Shown here in pieces: positions 9,135 through 18,802 of a DNA stretch of 64,000 bases; within the stretch, counting starts at the first letter, position 1; each line of letters begins with the position of its first letter. The translations under genes and the position numbers were made by a program. Source of the stretch: Thermoanaerobaculia bacterium (GTDB lineage: Bacteria; Acidobacteriota; Thermoanaerobaculia; Multivoradales; Multivoraceae); the NCBI GenBank assembly GCA_965232105.1, contig OZ246956.1, forward strand, positions 3,781,588-3,845,587, read 5' to 3'. The notes beneath the pieces are model-generated. The model was not told the DNA's origin, did not search any database, and was given only the letters and a program-made list of their open reading frames with translations.

Positions 9135-10663
9135 CCGAGCGACCGCCGCGCCAGGCCGCCTTCGTCATCTCCCAGGATGCACCGGATGCCGCTCGCCGCC
9201 GCCTTTAGGCGCTCGAGGTTACGCGTCAGCCGCGTTTGGTCACCGCCCGGGTCGCCTTCCAGCAGGTCGCCCTGCAGCTCGTGGAACAGAGGCACGGCGT
9301 GGTGGTCGAAAAAGCGGCCCTCGCCGCCAACCCGGCCGGCGCTCGCCGCGCGGCGGCGGAACAACTTCTGCACGCCTGAGTGCAGGGCCGCGGCCCGTAG
9401 CAACAGGTTCTCGTTGCGCCGCATGAACTCCAGATCGGTGAACCTGCCCGAGAAGAACAGCTTGGCCGGAATGGACCAGTAGAAGGCGTAGTCCCAAAGC
9501 GTCTTCGCGACGATCAGCGTACGGTCTCCGAAGCCCGGGTACTGTCCGCGGTACAGGAGCATCGTGTTACCGAAGAAGGCTTGGTAGTTCTGCTGGTAGT
9601 TCTGCACCCGCTCAGCCGGAAATCCGCGCGCGATCAAGTCGACGGCATAGATATTGGCCAGGGCGATGAAGTCGGCGCCCGGCGAGTAGAACGGGTCGGC
9701 AAACAGACTGGCATCGCCGGTCGCCGCCCAACCATCCTCCGAGAACACCTCGGAGTTGCCGACCGCGTAGTTGCTCAGGAAGGAGTGATCCAGGGCCTCC
9801 CGCCCCGCAAGTTCCGCCGCCACCAGCGGGTGCCGGCGCTCCAGCCAGCGGATCAGATCGGTACGACTGCGGACCTCCTCGAGGGCGACTCGCGCAGGGT
9901 CAAACACCAGACCCACACTGGTCATGCCGGACGCGAGCGGAATCAGCCAAAGCCAGTAGCCCGGGCCGGTGAAGTGGATCGTGCTGGCGCGACGCGGCAG
10001 TTCCCCGGAACACCGTGACAGCCAATCGCTGTCAGCGCTAAGGGATTCGACGTCGACCGGCCCCCGGATCCGGAACCAGACGGCATGCTGGCGGTGACGA
10101 GCCGAACGGGCGGTGCCCCGCAAGCGCCGCAGGAAACCGCGGCGACCGCTGGCGTCGATCAGGTATCTGCAACGAAGCGTCTTCTCCCTTCCCTCCCCCG
10201 CATCCCGAAGAACGACCCGATGCTCCCCACGTTCGATCTCAACCGACCGTACGGCTGTTCCCTCGCGAAGTTCTCCGACGTCCTTCCAGGTCCGGGCCAG
10301 GTGATTCTCGAAGCGGCCCCGGTCAAGCTGGTAGGTGGGGATCGGGAGCGCCGCGCTGGGCCCAATCTCGTCGTAGGCTGCCAGATCGCGCTCGATGGGG
10401 GTCTCGCCGCAGCAGAAAAGGCGCAAGCCGAACTTCCGAAGTTGTTCCCGCTCCAGATTCTCCTTCAGACCGAGCCCGTTGGCCAGGTAGTGAGAGGCAA
10501 TCTCGACCGTGGATTCGCCAACCTTGTGCGCCGCCTCCGGCACCGGGAAGCGCCTGCGCTCGACCACGGCAATGTCGAGCTCGGGCAGTCGTTGGCGGAG
10601 ATGGCGGGCGAGGGTCAGGCCCGCAAGCCCTCCACCGACGATACACACGTCACGGCGTTGCAC
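9113..10663 (-). CDS. Flavin-dependent halogenase (tryptophan-halogenase family)
   Basis: GxGxxG FAD motif (CIVGGGLAGLTLARHL) and the diagnostic halogenase motif WxWxIP (GPGYWLWLIPLASG). The ORF-track N-terminal ~68 aa overlaps the CLF and looks non-coding. Proposed GTG start at 10663, 4 nt after the CLF stop. Confidence 0.75.
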   Translation of the reverse strand: MQRRDVCIVGGGLAGLTLARHLRQRLPELDIAVVERRRFPVPEAAHKVGESTVEIASHYLANGLGLKENLEREQLRKFGLRLFCCGETPIERDLAAYDEIGPSAALPIPTYQLDRGRFENHLARTWKDVGELREGTAVRSVEIERGEHRVVLRDAGEGREKTLRCRYLIDASGRRGFLRRLRGTARSARHRQHAVWFRIRGPVDVESLSADSDWLSRCSGELPRRASTIHFTGPGYWLWLIPLASGMTSVGLVFDPARVALEEVRSRTDLIRWLERRHPLVAAELAGREALDHSFLSNYAVGNSEVFSEDGWAATGDASLFADPFYSPGADFIALANIYAVDLIARGFPAERVQNYQQNYQAFFGNTMLLYRGQYPGFGDRTLIVAKTLWDYAFYWSIPAKLFFSGRFTDLEFMRRNENLLLRAAALHSGVQKLFRRRAASAGRVGGEGRFFDHHAVPLFHELQGDLLEGDPGGDQTRLTRNLERLKAAASGIRCILGDDEGGLARRSLGQVPGFG

Positions 10664-10667
10664 GGAA

Positions 10668-11516
10668 TCAGGCGCGCCAGCCACGACCGCCCTCAAGGCG
10701 CAGCTCGACGCCGCAACGCGGCCCGGCTGCAAAGCAGAGCAACCCGTGCCGCGACGGATCCCCTTCCGGGGCTGCAAGGCGATCCGCGAGCGTGAGCGCG
10801 CATCCCATCGGATTCGCCTGCCCGAGCCAATCCAGGCCGGCTGGAGGCGGGGTCGTCCGGAGCCCACCCGTTCTGAACCGGATCTCCGCCCGCAGACAAG
10901 GACGGTCCCGGGCCACGACGCCCGCCGGTTCCAGAACGAAGGCTGCCCCGAGCGTCTGCCGAACGTCCGCTACCGCCGTAAGCGGCGGCTTCGTCGCGAT
11001 GTCGCAGGCAACGAAGAGCACAGGGCCGCGAGCCGCGACCGACTGGCTGGCGGTCTCCAGCAATCCGGCCCCGAAGCTCTCCAGGAAGGCGCCGACGAAC
11101 GTGCTCGGCGAACGATTGCGGGTGCTGATCGTCCAGTAGCCCGACGCCGCGTTGTGAACCGAGTTGTGGAACCTGGTCGGCGACAGCACCTTCGCAGGCT
11201 GCGCCAGCCGCCGGCACATGTACTCCGTAACCGCCGTGTCGCCGAGCGCGGACGCGAAGACCGACGGCACGGCGTCCTTCGGGACACCGGCAACCTCGCA
11301 GGCCTGGTGCGCGACCTCGACGCCCAGGCTGATCATCAAACCCGCCCTGCGCCGCTCCCGCGCCGGAAGCGAGGCGGGTCTCGGCACCTGGAACTCACTG
11401 GCGTCCAGATCCGCGAAACCGAGGCTTCTTGCCGCGCCGAACTCCGCGAAGCTGGTCAACCCCCGCGTCCAGAGGCCGACGCCGGTAATCGCCACTCGAA
11501 GCACCGGCCGAGTCAC
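10668..11516 (-). CDS. KS-beta / chain-length-factor-like partner of KS (lacks full KS length)
   Basis: 282 aa KS-N-like sequence (VAITGVGLWTRG...). Overlaps the upstream KS by 4 nt. Confidence 0.6.
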   Translation of the reverse strand: MTRPVLRVAITGVGLWTRGLTSFAEFGAARSLGFADLDASEFQVPRPASLPARERRRAGLMISLGVEVAHQACEVAGVPKDAVPSVFASALGDTAVTEYMCRRLAQPAKVLSPTRFHNSVHNAASGYWTISTRNRSPSTFVGAFLESFGAGLLETASQSVAARGPVLFVACDIATKPPLTAVADVRQTLGAAFVLEPAGVVARDRPCLRAEIRFRTGGLRTTPPPAGLDWLGQANPMGCALTLADRLAAPEGDPSRHGLLCFAAGPRCGVELRLEGGRGWRA

Positions 11517-12739
11517 CGGCCGAACGCCACCGAACAGTTGGCGCCGCCGAACCCGAAGGAGTTCGTGAGAGCTACATCGACGGAGCGCCTCACGCTCTCG
11601 AGCAGCAAGTTGAACGGCGCATCGGGAATCGTCGTGTTCCTGGTACCCGGCACGAAGCCGGTGGCGAGAACCTCAAGGCACAACACTGCCTCCACGATGC
11701 CGCTTGCCCCGAGCGCGTGACCCGTCCAGCCCTTCGTGGCACTGGCCAGAACGTCGCCTTCCATCATCGCCGCGCACACCTTTCCTTCGACCTCGTCATT
11801 GCCCTGGGTGCCGGTGCCGTGGAGATTCAGGTAGTCGACTTCGCTCATGGAGATACCGGCGTCGGCCAGCGCCCGCTCCATCGCAAGCCGGGCGCCCAGA
11901 CCTTCCGGGTGGCTGCTGGACATGTGGTACGCGTCGCAGCTCTCGCCCACCCCAAGCAACCGCAGATCCCCCGGCGCCGCTTCCCGGGACAACAGGACGA
12001 ACCCCGCAGCCTCGCCGAGACTGATGCCCATCCGATCTTCCGAGAAGGGTCGGCAGGGCTCGGGCGAAACGAGCTGCAGCGAATGGAAGCCGTGGATCAC
12101 GCTGAGGCAGAGGCTGTCGGCGCCTCCAACCACGACCGCATCGACGAGGTCCTGCTCCAGCCAGCGCTTCGCGGTGGCGAACACCTTGGCGCTGGAGGCG
12201 CAGGCGGCGCTCACCGTGATCCTCGGGCCCTCGATTCCCAACCGCTCGGCCGCGAAGGCGGTCGGGGCATGGGGACTATGCACCCCGGGCTGGCGGAACC
12301 GGGAAGGGAAACTGCCGTCGTCTTCGAGTTGCCGATACGCCTCCTCGGTCCGGTCGATAGCTGAAGTGCTTGTGCCCACGACAAGCCCGAGCCGGTCGTG
12401 CTCCACCTGGTCCCGCACTTCAGCGACAGCGTCGACGAAACCGTCCTGCTGCAGCCCGAGCTCGACGAGGCGCGTGTTGCGGCTCCATTGACTCGGCGGC
12501 ACTTCGACCGACTCGGGCAGATCGACCCGGCCGAGAAAGCACGGAACGTCACTGCCCCGCCACTCGCGGTCATCGAGGCCAGTTCGGTTCGTTCGCAGAG
12601 ATGTCCGCAACGCCCCGACACCCGCTCCCAACGCCGAAGTGAGGGTGTATGCCCTCACCCACACAGTCACAAGGCGACCTCCAATGTGACGTTGCGGGAC
12701 AGGGCGCGTTGCGCTCCATACAGCCACGGCCCAAACCAC
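11513..12739 (-). CDS. Beta-ketoacyl synthase (KS-alpha of convergent KS/CLF pair)
   Basis: VSAACASS active-site Cys, HGTGT and GHALGASG His motifs. 408 aa. Confidence 0.8.
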   Translation of the reverse strand: MVWAVAVWSATRPVPQRHIGGRLVTVWVRAYTLTSALGAGVGALRTSLRTNRTGLDDREWRGSDVPCFLGRVDLPESVEVPPSQWSRNTRLVELGLQQDGFVDAVAEVRDQVEHDRLGLVVGTSTSAIDRTEEAYRQLEDDGSFPSRFRQPGVHSPHAPTAFAAERLGIEGPRITVSAACASSAKVFATAKRWLEQDLVDAVVVGGADSLCLSVIHGFHSLQLVSPEPCRPFSEDRMGISLGEAAGFVLLSREAAPGDLRLLGVGESCDAYHMSSSHPEGLGARLAMERALADAGISMSEVDYLNLHGTGTQGNDEVEGKVCAAMMEGDVLASATKGWTGHALGASGIVEAVLCLEVLATGFVPGTRNTTIPDAPFNLLLESVRRSVDVALTNSFGFGGANCSVAFGR

Positions 12740-12835
12740 TGCTCTCCTGGACCTGGGCTCATGATCGGCGATATCCTAGCGGCCGTTCCGCGCAACAGAC
12801 AAAACCCCGAGAAACGCACCGAATCGGTCACTCAA

Positions 12836-13291
12836 ATGCGCTCAACCTCACTCGTCCCCCTGTGCTCGCTCTTTCTGGTGGTGCTGACCGGGTGCGCCAC
12901 CCCCATCAACCACATGCTCGGCTCTCCGCTGCCTCCAGACCAGAACGCCGACGAGATGACCTACTACGTCGTGCGCCACGACAGGGACGGACGCGACCTC
13001 GCCTCCAGCATCGCTGCTGCGCTCCGCCAACGCGGACTGGAGACATCCTCCGGACGCTCCGGCGCTACGCCCGAAGGAACCGACAGGCTGGTCACTTACG
13101 TCGACAACTGGAGTTGGGACGTGCGATTGTTCCTGCACACTCTGCGCATTGAAGTCCGGGACGCGGCCACAGAAGCGATTCTCGCCTGGGGAGAATCCGC
13201 TCAGTACACGTGGGCCGCGATGGGCAAGACGTTCTCCGACGTCATCGACCGTGCGCTGGCGGGCCTGTTCGGAGAGCCTGCACCCTGGTGA
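12836..13291 (+). CDS. Hypothetical lipoprotein
   Basis: ATG 12836. Signal peptide with lipobox LTGC (MRSTSLVPLCSLFLVVLTGC). Longer ORF 12398.. runs antisense into the KS gene. Confidence 0.5.
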   Translation: MRSTSLVPLCSLFLVVLTGCATPINHMLGSPLPPDQNADEMTYYVVRHDRDGRDLASSIAAALRQRGLETSSGRSGATPEGTDRLVTYVDNWSWDVRLFLHTLRIEVRDAATEAILAWGESAQYTWAAMGKTFSDVIDRALAGLFGEPAPW

Positions 13292-13380
13292 GGTCCCGAG
13301 GCTTGGCGGCGCTCCCCCGCACAACGCCCGTAAACGCCGTCACGGCGCTGGCGCTCCTTGCCTATCCTCTCCTGGTCTAC

Positions 13381-13914
13381 ATGCTGCTGGATCGCGTATC
13401 GCCTGCCTTGATGATTGTCGGCCTGGGCATCCTTGGCGCTGCGCGAATCGCGACCGGGAGCTCGATCCACCGGAAGCACCGGACTCTCCTTCTGGGCATG
13501 CTGGTCCTGTTCTGTACGGTGGCCTATCTGGATGCCCGCTGGGAGTGGGTGAAGCTCTACCCCGTTCTGGTCAATGTTGCGGGGGCTGCCTGGTTTGCGT
13601 GGACCCTGATTCGCCCGCCCTCGGCGGCGGAGCGTTTCGCGCGGCTTGCGAATCCCAGGGAGAGGTTCGACTGGCGCAAGTCCTCATACACGAAGCGCGT
13701 CACGCAAGTCTGGGTGGCCTTCTTCCTTCTCAACGGCGGCGCCGCAACGTACACGGCCCTTGCGGCGTCCACCGGTGTCTGGGCGATCTACAACGGACTG
13801 ATCAGCTACCTGCTGATCGGATTGCTGCTTGGCGGGGAGTACCTGTTCCGCCTCCGGTACCGGAAACGCCACTTCGCGGGCATGGAGGCATGCCGGAGCG
13901 CTACCATCTCCTGA
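13381..13914 (+). CDS. Hypothetical integral membrane protein (APE-cluster associated)
   Basis: Four or more hydrophobic segments. Start uncertain; ATG 13381 chosen. Confidence 0.4.
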   Translation: MLLDRVSPALMIVGLGILGAARIATGSSIHRKHRTLLLGMLVLFCTVAYLDARWEWVKLYPVLVNVAGAAWFAWTLIRPPSAAERFARLANPRERFDWRKSSYTKRVTQVWVAFFLLNGGAATYTALAASTGVWAIYNGLISYLLIGLLLGGEYLFRLRYRKRHFAGMEACRSATIS

Positions 13915-14639
13915 TTCCACACTACCGCCACGTCGACCAGCTCGCGGGGTTCCTCCCCCAGCTAGCGACAGCCGGCCTGCCGGCGCTCGTCGTCGACGAC
14001 GGCAGCGATTCCAAGACCCGCCAACGGCTGCGCCGGTTGATCGCGAGTCACTCTTGGGCGTCACTGCTCCAACGGAACCGCAACGGTGGCAAGGGCGCGG
14101 CGATGATCACCGGCATGAAGTACCTGTACGCTCAGGGTGTCACGCACGTCATCTCGGTGGATGCAGACGGCCAACACGACCCAGCGGAGATCACGCGACT
14201 TCGACTGGCCTCGCAGCGACACCCGGCGCGAGTGGTTTCCGGCAAGCCGGTCTTCGGAGACGACATGCCGAAGGTTCGCCTGCACGGCCGGAAGCTCACG
14301 AACGTGTTGGCTCGGTTGGCGGCGGGCGACGGCCAGGTCGAGGACGCGATGTGCGGGCTTCGGCTCTACCCACTGAACTCCGTGTTGCCTCTATTCGCGA
14401 CTCTCGGAAAGCGAGTCCGCATGGAGTTCGATGTCGAGATCCTCGTCAGGGCCTGCTGGGCCGGTCTTGAACTGGAGTTCATACCGACACGAGTCGTGTA
14501 TCCGCCGGACGGCCGTTCTCACTTCCGGCTGTTCGCGGACAACGCCAGGTTCTGTCGCATGCACACGGTTCTGATCTTGCAGGCACTTGGACGGCTGTTA
14601 ACTCCCGGGCATCGCTCCCGTCAACACCACGAGCCATGA
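13890..14639 (+). CDS. Glycosyltransferase family 2
   Basis: LVVDDGSDSKTRQ (DXD-type motif) and ISVDADGQHDP. GGAGG Shine-Dalgarno immediately upstream of ATG 13890. Confidence 0.75.
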   Translation: MPERYHLLIPHYRHVDQLAGFLPQLATAGLPALVVDDGSDSKTRQRLRRLIASHSWASLLQRNRNGGKGAAMITGMKYLYAQGVTHVISVDADGQHDPAEITRLRLASQRHPARVVSGKPVFGDDMPKVRLHGRKLTNVLARLAAGDGQVEDAMCGLRLYPLNSVLPLFATLGKRVRMEFDVEILVRACWAGLELEFIPTRVVYPPDGRSHFRLFADNARFCRMHTVLILQALGRLLTPGHRSRQHHEP

Positions 14640-15106
14640 ACTCGACTCTCACCCAAGGCCGTCGCGCTTTATGGAAAAAACGCTGGCCGGACCATCCGGC
14701 CCTGCGGGCGCGGGCTACCTTCAAAGTGCCCTTTCAGGACGCGGACCCGACCGGCGTCGTCTGGCATGGAAACTACTTTCGGTACTACGAAACGGCACGC
14801 TCAGCGCTACTCGACAAGCTCGGCTTCAGCTATCGCCACCTCGGCGCCAGGGGCCAACTCTGGCCCATCGTCGACACCCGGGTGCGTTTTCGCAGGAGCA
14901 TTCCTTACGGAGATCCAATCACTGTGTCAGCGCAACTCGTGGAGTGGGAGTTTCGGCTGAAGATCTACTACGAGCTCCGCAAGTTCGACGGAGAACTCGC
15001 GAATGAGGCCTTCACCGTGCAAGTGCCCGTTGATGCCGATTCGGAGAAGCTCATCGTTGGAATGCCCCCCTACCTTCGCGACAGAATCGCTGAGATAGTC
15101 GGATGA
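14636..15106 (+). CDS. Hot-dog acyl-CoA/ACP thioesterase (YbgC/4HBT family)
   Basis: FKVPFQDADPTGVVWHGNYFRYYETAR matches the 4HBT-family thioesterase N-terminus. Start overlaps the GT2 stop. Confidence 0.7.
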   Translation: MNSTLTQGRRALWKKRWPDHPALRARATFKVPFQDADPTGVVWHGNYFRYYETARSALLDKLGFSYRHLGARGQLWPIVDTRVRFRRSIPYGDPITVSAQLVEWEFRLKIYYELRKFDGELANEAFTVQVPVDADSEKLIVGMPPYLRDRIAEIVG

Positions 15107-15176
15107 GCACCGCACACGACGCAGCGTCCATCAGCCTCCAGAGCCACCCACACGACACTCCGCAAGAGGAGCCTCC

Positions 15177-16082
15177 ATGAAACTGACCCCATACCTCATT
15201 GCCGCGGCACTGCTCTTCGGTAGCTCGGCGACCCATGCCGCGGCCCCGATCGTCGACATCGAAAACGCACCCGTTCCTGCCGGCCTCACCATGGAGCAGA
15301 TTCAGCAACGACTGATTGCCGGCGTGTTGAGTCGGAGAGGCTGGACAGTGGAAGCAGTCGCGGCGGGCCACGTAGAGGCACGGCTGTCGGTGCGATCACA
15401 CTTGGCGTTCGTGGATATCACGTTCGACGAAGCCGCCTACTCCATCACCTACAAGGACAGCCACAACCTCGACTACAAGCCAAAGAAACGGAAGATCCAC
15501 GCCAACTACAACAAGTGGATCGGCAACCTGAACGCGGAGCTTCAGAAGAGCCTGTTCACGCCGACCGCGGACCCGGCTGTGGGGCCAGGCGCCACCCCGG
15601 CAACAGCAACGGGGCCTGGAGGCGCGGCCGAACCCGGGGCCAGGGGCTCCTACGGGGGCGGAGTCGTGACCATCCCGGCCACGATCGACCTGGCTCCGGG
15701 TGTGAACGCGCCGAAAGCAGTCTCCGAGTGTCGAATCGACGTGCTGCTCGCCCAATGGCTGGCCGACAGCTCGACCGCGATCCAGATCGGCGATGTCAAC
15801 AACGCCAGTCACTACATGGAACTCGCCATCACGGAGATCCACATGCCTGGCGGCGGCGGCTTTTCCGGTCCGAAGTGGATGGAACTGACGGGAGCGCTGC
15901 GAGAAGGCGACGGCGATGTCGTGTCGTCCTTCCGAGCCAAGCGCTTCAGCACCGTCGCCCTCAACCCCCTAAAGAGGCCTACCTGTCAAATGCTGCAACG
16001 GGCCGGCAAGGCCATCGCACGGGATGTCGGCCGGTGGCTCCAGCACCCCTCGGATGGGGCCGAACTCGGTAACGCGCGGTAA
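15177..16082 (+). CDS. Secreted hypothetical protein with Gly/Pro/Ala-rich linker
   Basis: Sec signal MKLTPYLIAAALLFGSSATHAAAP. Two globular halves joined by a PAVGPGATPATATGPGGAAEPGARG linker. Confidence 0.5.
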   Translation: MKLTPYLIAAALLFGSSATHAAAPIVDIENAPVPAGLTMEQIQQRLIAGVLSRRGWTVEAVAAGHVEARLSVRSHLAFVDITFDEAAYSITYKDSHNLDYKPKKRKIHANYNKWIGNLNAELQKSLFTPTADPAVGPGATPATATGPGGAAEPGARGSYGGGVVTIPATIDLAPGVNAPKAVSECRIDVLLAQWLADSSTAIQIGDVNNASHYMELAITEIHMPGGGGFSGPKWMELTGALREGDGDVVSSFRAKRFSTVALNPLKRPTCQMLQRAGKAIARDVGRWLQHPSDGAELGNAR

Positions 16083-16106
16083 TCGGGACAGAAGCGACAG
16101 TCCGGC

Positions 16107-18023
16107 TCAGCGCCGCTTGAAGCGACGCTCCAGGTCCCGGTCCGTCAGCTCCAGCACGACCGGCCTGCCGTGCGGGCAGGTGTAGGGATGCTCGCAGGCG
16201 AAGAGCTCCCCGATCAGGCTCTCCATCTTCTCCGCCGACAGGGCCTGATGCATCTTGACCGCGGCCCGGCAGGCGCGGCTTGCCGCCAACTGGGTCAGGA
16301 GGTACTCGGCCAGCGCCTCCTCCTCGCTCGGCAGCTCGTCGCCGCCGGCGACACGGGTCGCGATACGGAGCACCAGGCTCTCCGCTTCGGCGTCCGGAAG
16401 CACGGCCGGAATCGCGGTGATCGCGGCGCTGCCGCCGGAGAGGCTGCTGACCGAGTAGCCGCACCGCGCGAGACCCGCGGAGCATTCGGCCAGCGCCGCG
16501 CTTTCCGCCGCGGAGAGCTCCAGCACGCGGGGCACGAGCAGCGTCTGACTCCTGGACTCCTGCTCGGCAAGACTGAGGCGGAACCGCTCGTACAGGATGC
16601 GCTCGTGGGCCACGTGCTGGTCCACGACAAGCAACGACTCAGGTCCCTCGAGCAGGATCATCGTTCCCTTGTACTGCCCGATCAGCCGGAGCGACTCCCG
16701 GCCCTTCCCCGACAGGGGGACCGGAGAGGAGGGCTGCGGCCGGTAGGCGACCTCCGCCAGCTTCCCCGCCGGCCCGGTCTGGCTACCGCCGTAGCGCGCG
16801 GCAAGTTCGGCCGCCCAGGCGGGCGCCTCGGGCGCCGGATCGCCTTCTTCAGGGCGACCCTCTCCTGCCGCGCCGGCGCGGCGCCAGGACACCGCGCGTC
16901 CGGTCTCGCGGACCTGTCCTGCGCCGGTCCAGGCCGGGGGCGCCACCGGTCCGCCGAGCTCCCGCAGGGGCGCCGGCTCCTCGCCCTTTGCCGCCTCCAG
17001 CCCTCTGCGGAGCGCGCTGCCGATACGCCCGAGAATCGCCGCGTCGCGAAAGCGGACCTCCGCCTTCTGCGGGTGAACGTTCACGTCGACCGATTCCGGA
17101 GGCACGTCGAGGAACAGGAACAAGGCTGGTGCAGGGTCGCCCTTCATCAGGTCCCGGACCGCCTTGTAGTAGATGCCGAGCACGGCCCGGTCGCGCAACA
17201 GGCGACCGTTGACGAAGACGAACTGCCGCCTGCCCCTGGAAGTCTCCCGGTCGCCGACGAAACCGTCGACGCCCTGCCGCCTCCTGGCCTCGGGCAGCGG
17301 AATCAGGTGATTCGCCAGATCGGGGCCGAACAACTGGGCGATCCGTTCCAGCCGGCCGGCCGAGTCGTTTCCGGTCGCCTGGGTGCGCAGAACCTCTCGC
17401 AGGGAAGACGGCCCGTCGGGAGCGTGGCGCAGAACGAAGGTCACATCCGGACGCGCCAGGGCATATCCCTGGACCACCGTCGTCGCATGCCGCAGTTCGG
17501 TTGCCGGCCGCTTGAGGAACTGCTTGCGCGCCGGCACGTTGTAGAACAACGACTCCACCGTCACCGTGGTCCCGCGCGGCCGGCTCACCGGCTCATCGAT
17601 CGCGACCTTCCCGCCCTCGACCAGGAGCCTGTGGCCCTCGCCGGGGCTTCGCGCCGTGAGCAGTTCGCACTTCGAGACGGCGGCGATCGAAGACAACGCC
17701 TCGCCCCGGAAACCCAGGGTCGCGACCTCGAGCAGGTCCTCGAAAGAGCCGATCTTGCTCGTCGCGTGGCGCTCGACCGCCAGGATCGCTTCTTCGGCCG
17801 CGATGCCGCTGCCGTCGTCCGACACCACGATCAGGTCCTTGCCGCCGTTCACGAGATCGACCTCGAGCCGCGACGCACCGGCGTCGAGCGCATTCTCGAC
17901 GAGTTCCTTGACCACTGACGACGGTCGCTCGATGACCTCGCCCGCCGCGATCTTGGAGATCAGCGTGTCGGGCAGCCGCCGCAGCGGGCGGCGCGCCGGC
18001 GCGCTCTCGAAGTCGGCGCCCAT
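16107..18023 (-). CDS. mutL: DNA mismatch repair protein MutL
   Basis: ISKIAAGEVIERPSSVVKELVENALDAGA GHKL ATPase motif. ATG at 18023 overlaps the recO stop by 1 nt. The ORF-track 717-aa form carries an implausible N-extension. Confidence 0.85.
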   Translation of the reverse strand: MGADFESAPARRPLRRLPDTLISKIAAGEVIERPSSVVKELVENALDAGASRLEVDLVNGGKDLIVVSDDGSGIAAEEAILAVERHATSKIGSFEDLLEVATLGFRGEALSSIAAVSKCELLTARSPGEGHRLLVEGGKVAIDEPVSRPRGTTVTVESLFYNVPARKQFLKRPATELRHATTVVQGYALARPDVTFVLRHAPDGPSSLREVLRTQATGNDSAGRLERIAQLFGPDLANHLIPLPEARRRQGVDGFVGDRETSRGRRQFVFVNGRLLRDRAVLGIYYKAVRDLMKGDPAPALFLFLDVPPESVDVNVHPQKAEVRFRDAAILGRIGSALRRGLEAAKGEEPAPLRELGGPVAPPAWTGAGQVRETGRAVSWRRAGAAGEGRPEEGDPAPEAPAWAAELAARYGGSQTGPAGKLAEVAYRPQPSSPVPLSGKGRESLRLIGQYKGTMILLEGPESLLVVDQHVAHERILYERFRLSLAEQESRSQTLLVPRVLELSAAESAALAECSAGLARCGYSVSSLSGGSAAITAIPAVLPDAEAESLVLRIATRVAGGDELPSEEEALAEYLLTQLAASRACRAAVKMHQALSAEKMESLIGELFACEHPYTCPHGRPVVLELTDRDLERRFKRR

Positions 18024-18787
18024 CAGGGCGCGAGGTCCCGCAGCGTCCGCTGCATCACGCCGTAGCTGCGGAGTTCCTTGCCCAGGAAGGCACGCCGGAC
18101 CTCCCGCGCGATCGCCTCGACCGACTTGAGCGTCGACTCCTCGAACCCTCCGTTCTCCTGCAACCGGGAAAGATCGGCGCGGCCGATGCGGCGCAGGAAA
18201 GAAAGGGCCGTTTCGCCGACCCGGCGATTCGCGCCGGCGCCCGCTCCGCACGAAGGGCAAAGAAGGCCTTGCCCTTCGACCGCCAGCATCGCCTCGTCAC
18301 CGAGCTCGTTGCCGCAGGACGGGCACTGCCGGGGCGCCGGAAACACGCCGGAGAGCCGCAGGGTCCAGCATTCCAGATAGCGCGCCGCCAGGGAGCGATC
18401 GCAACCGGCGATCAGCGCCTGCACGGTCGAATCCAGGAGCCGGTAGAGGTGATTGTCCGGCTCGTCCTCCTGGGCGAACACCTGCATGTGCTCGGCGAGA
18501 TACGAAGAGACGAGAATCCCCTCGAGGTCGGTATGCAGGGCGCCGGGACTCCTGATCATCTCCGCGTCGCCGAGCCGGACCAGATCCCGGTTCGGCTTCT
18601 CGAACCAGGACAGGTGAACCTTCGCAAGCTGCTGCAACTCGCCGCCGAAGCGGCTGAAGCGCGCCCGGGCGCTGCGCGCGGCGCCTCGCTTCAGCCCCCA
18701 GTCACGGCTGAGAAAGACGACGATCCGGTCGCGCTCGTGGAGATCGATCGTCTGAAGCAGCAGTGCCTCGCCGCTTCGCCGCTTCAT
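18023..18787 (-). CDS. recO: DNA repair protein RecO
   Basis: N-terminal OB-fold region (LLLQTIDLHERDRIVVFLSRDWG) and C-terminal CxxC...CxxC zinc motif (CPSCG...CPSCG). Confidence 0.8.
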   Translation of the reverse strand: MKRRSGEALLLQTIDLHERDRIVVFLSRDWGLKRGAARSARARFSRFGGELQQLAKVHLSWFEKPNRDLVRLGDAEMIRSPGALHTDLEGILVSSYLAEHMQVFAQEDEPDNHLYRLLDSTVQALIAGCDRSLAARYLECWTLRLSGVFPAPRQCPSCGNELGDEAMLAVEGQGLLCPSCGAGAGANRRVGETALSFLRRIGRADLSRLQENGGFEESTLKSVEAIAREVRRAFLGKELRSYGVMQRTLRDLAP

Positions 18788-18802
18788 CGCGTCATCGCTC
18801 GT

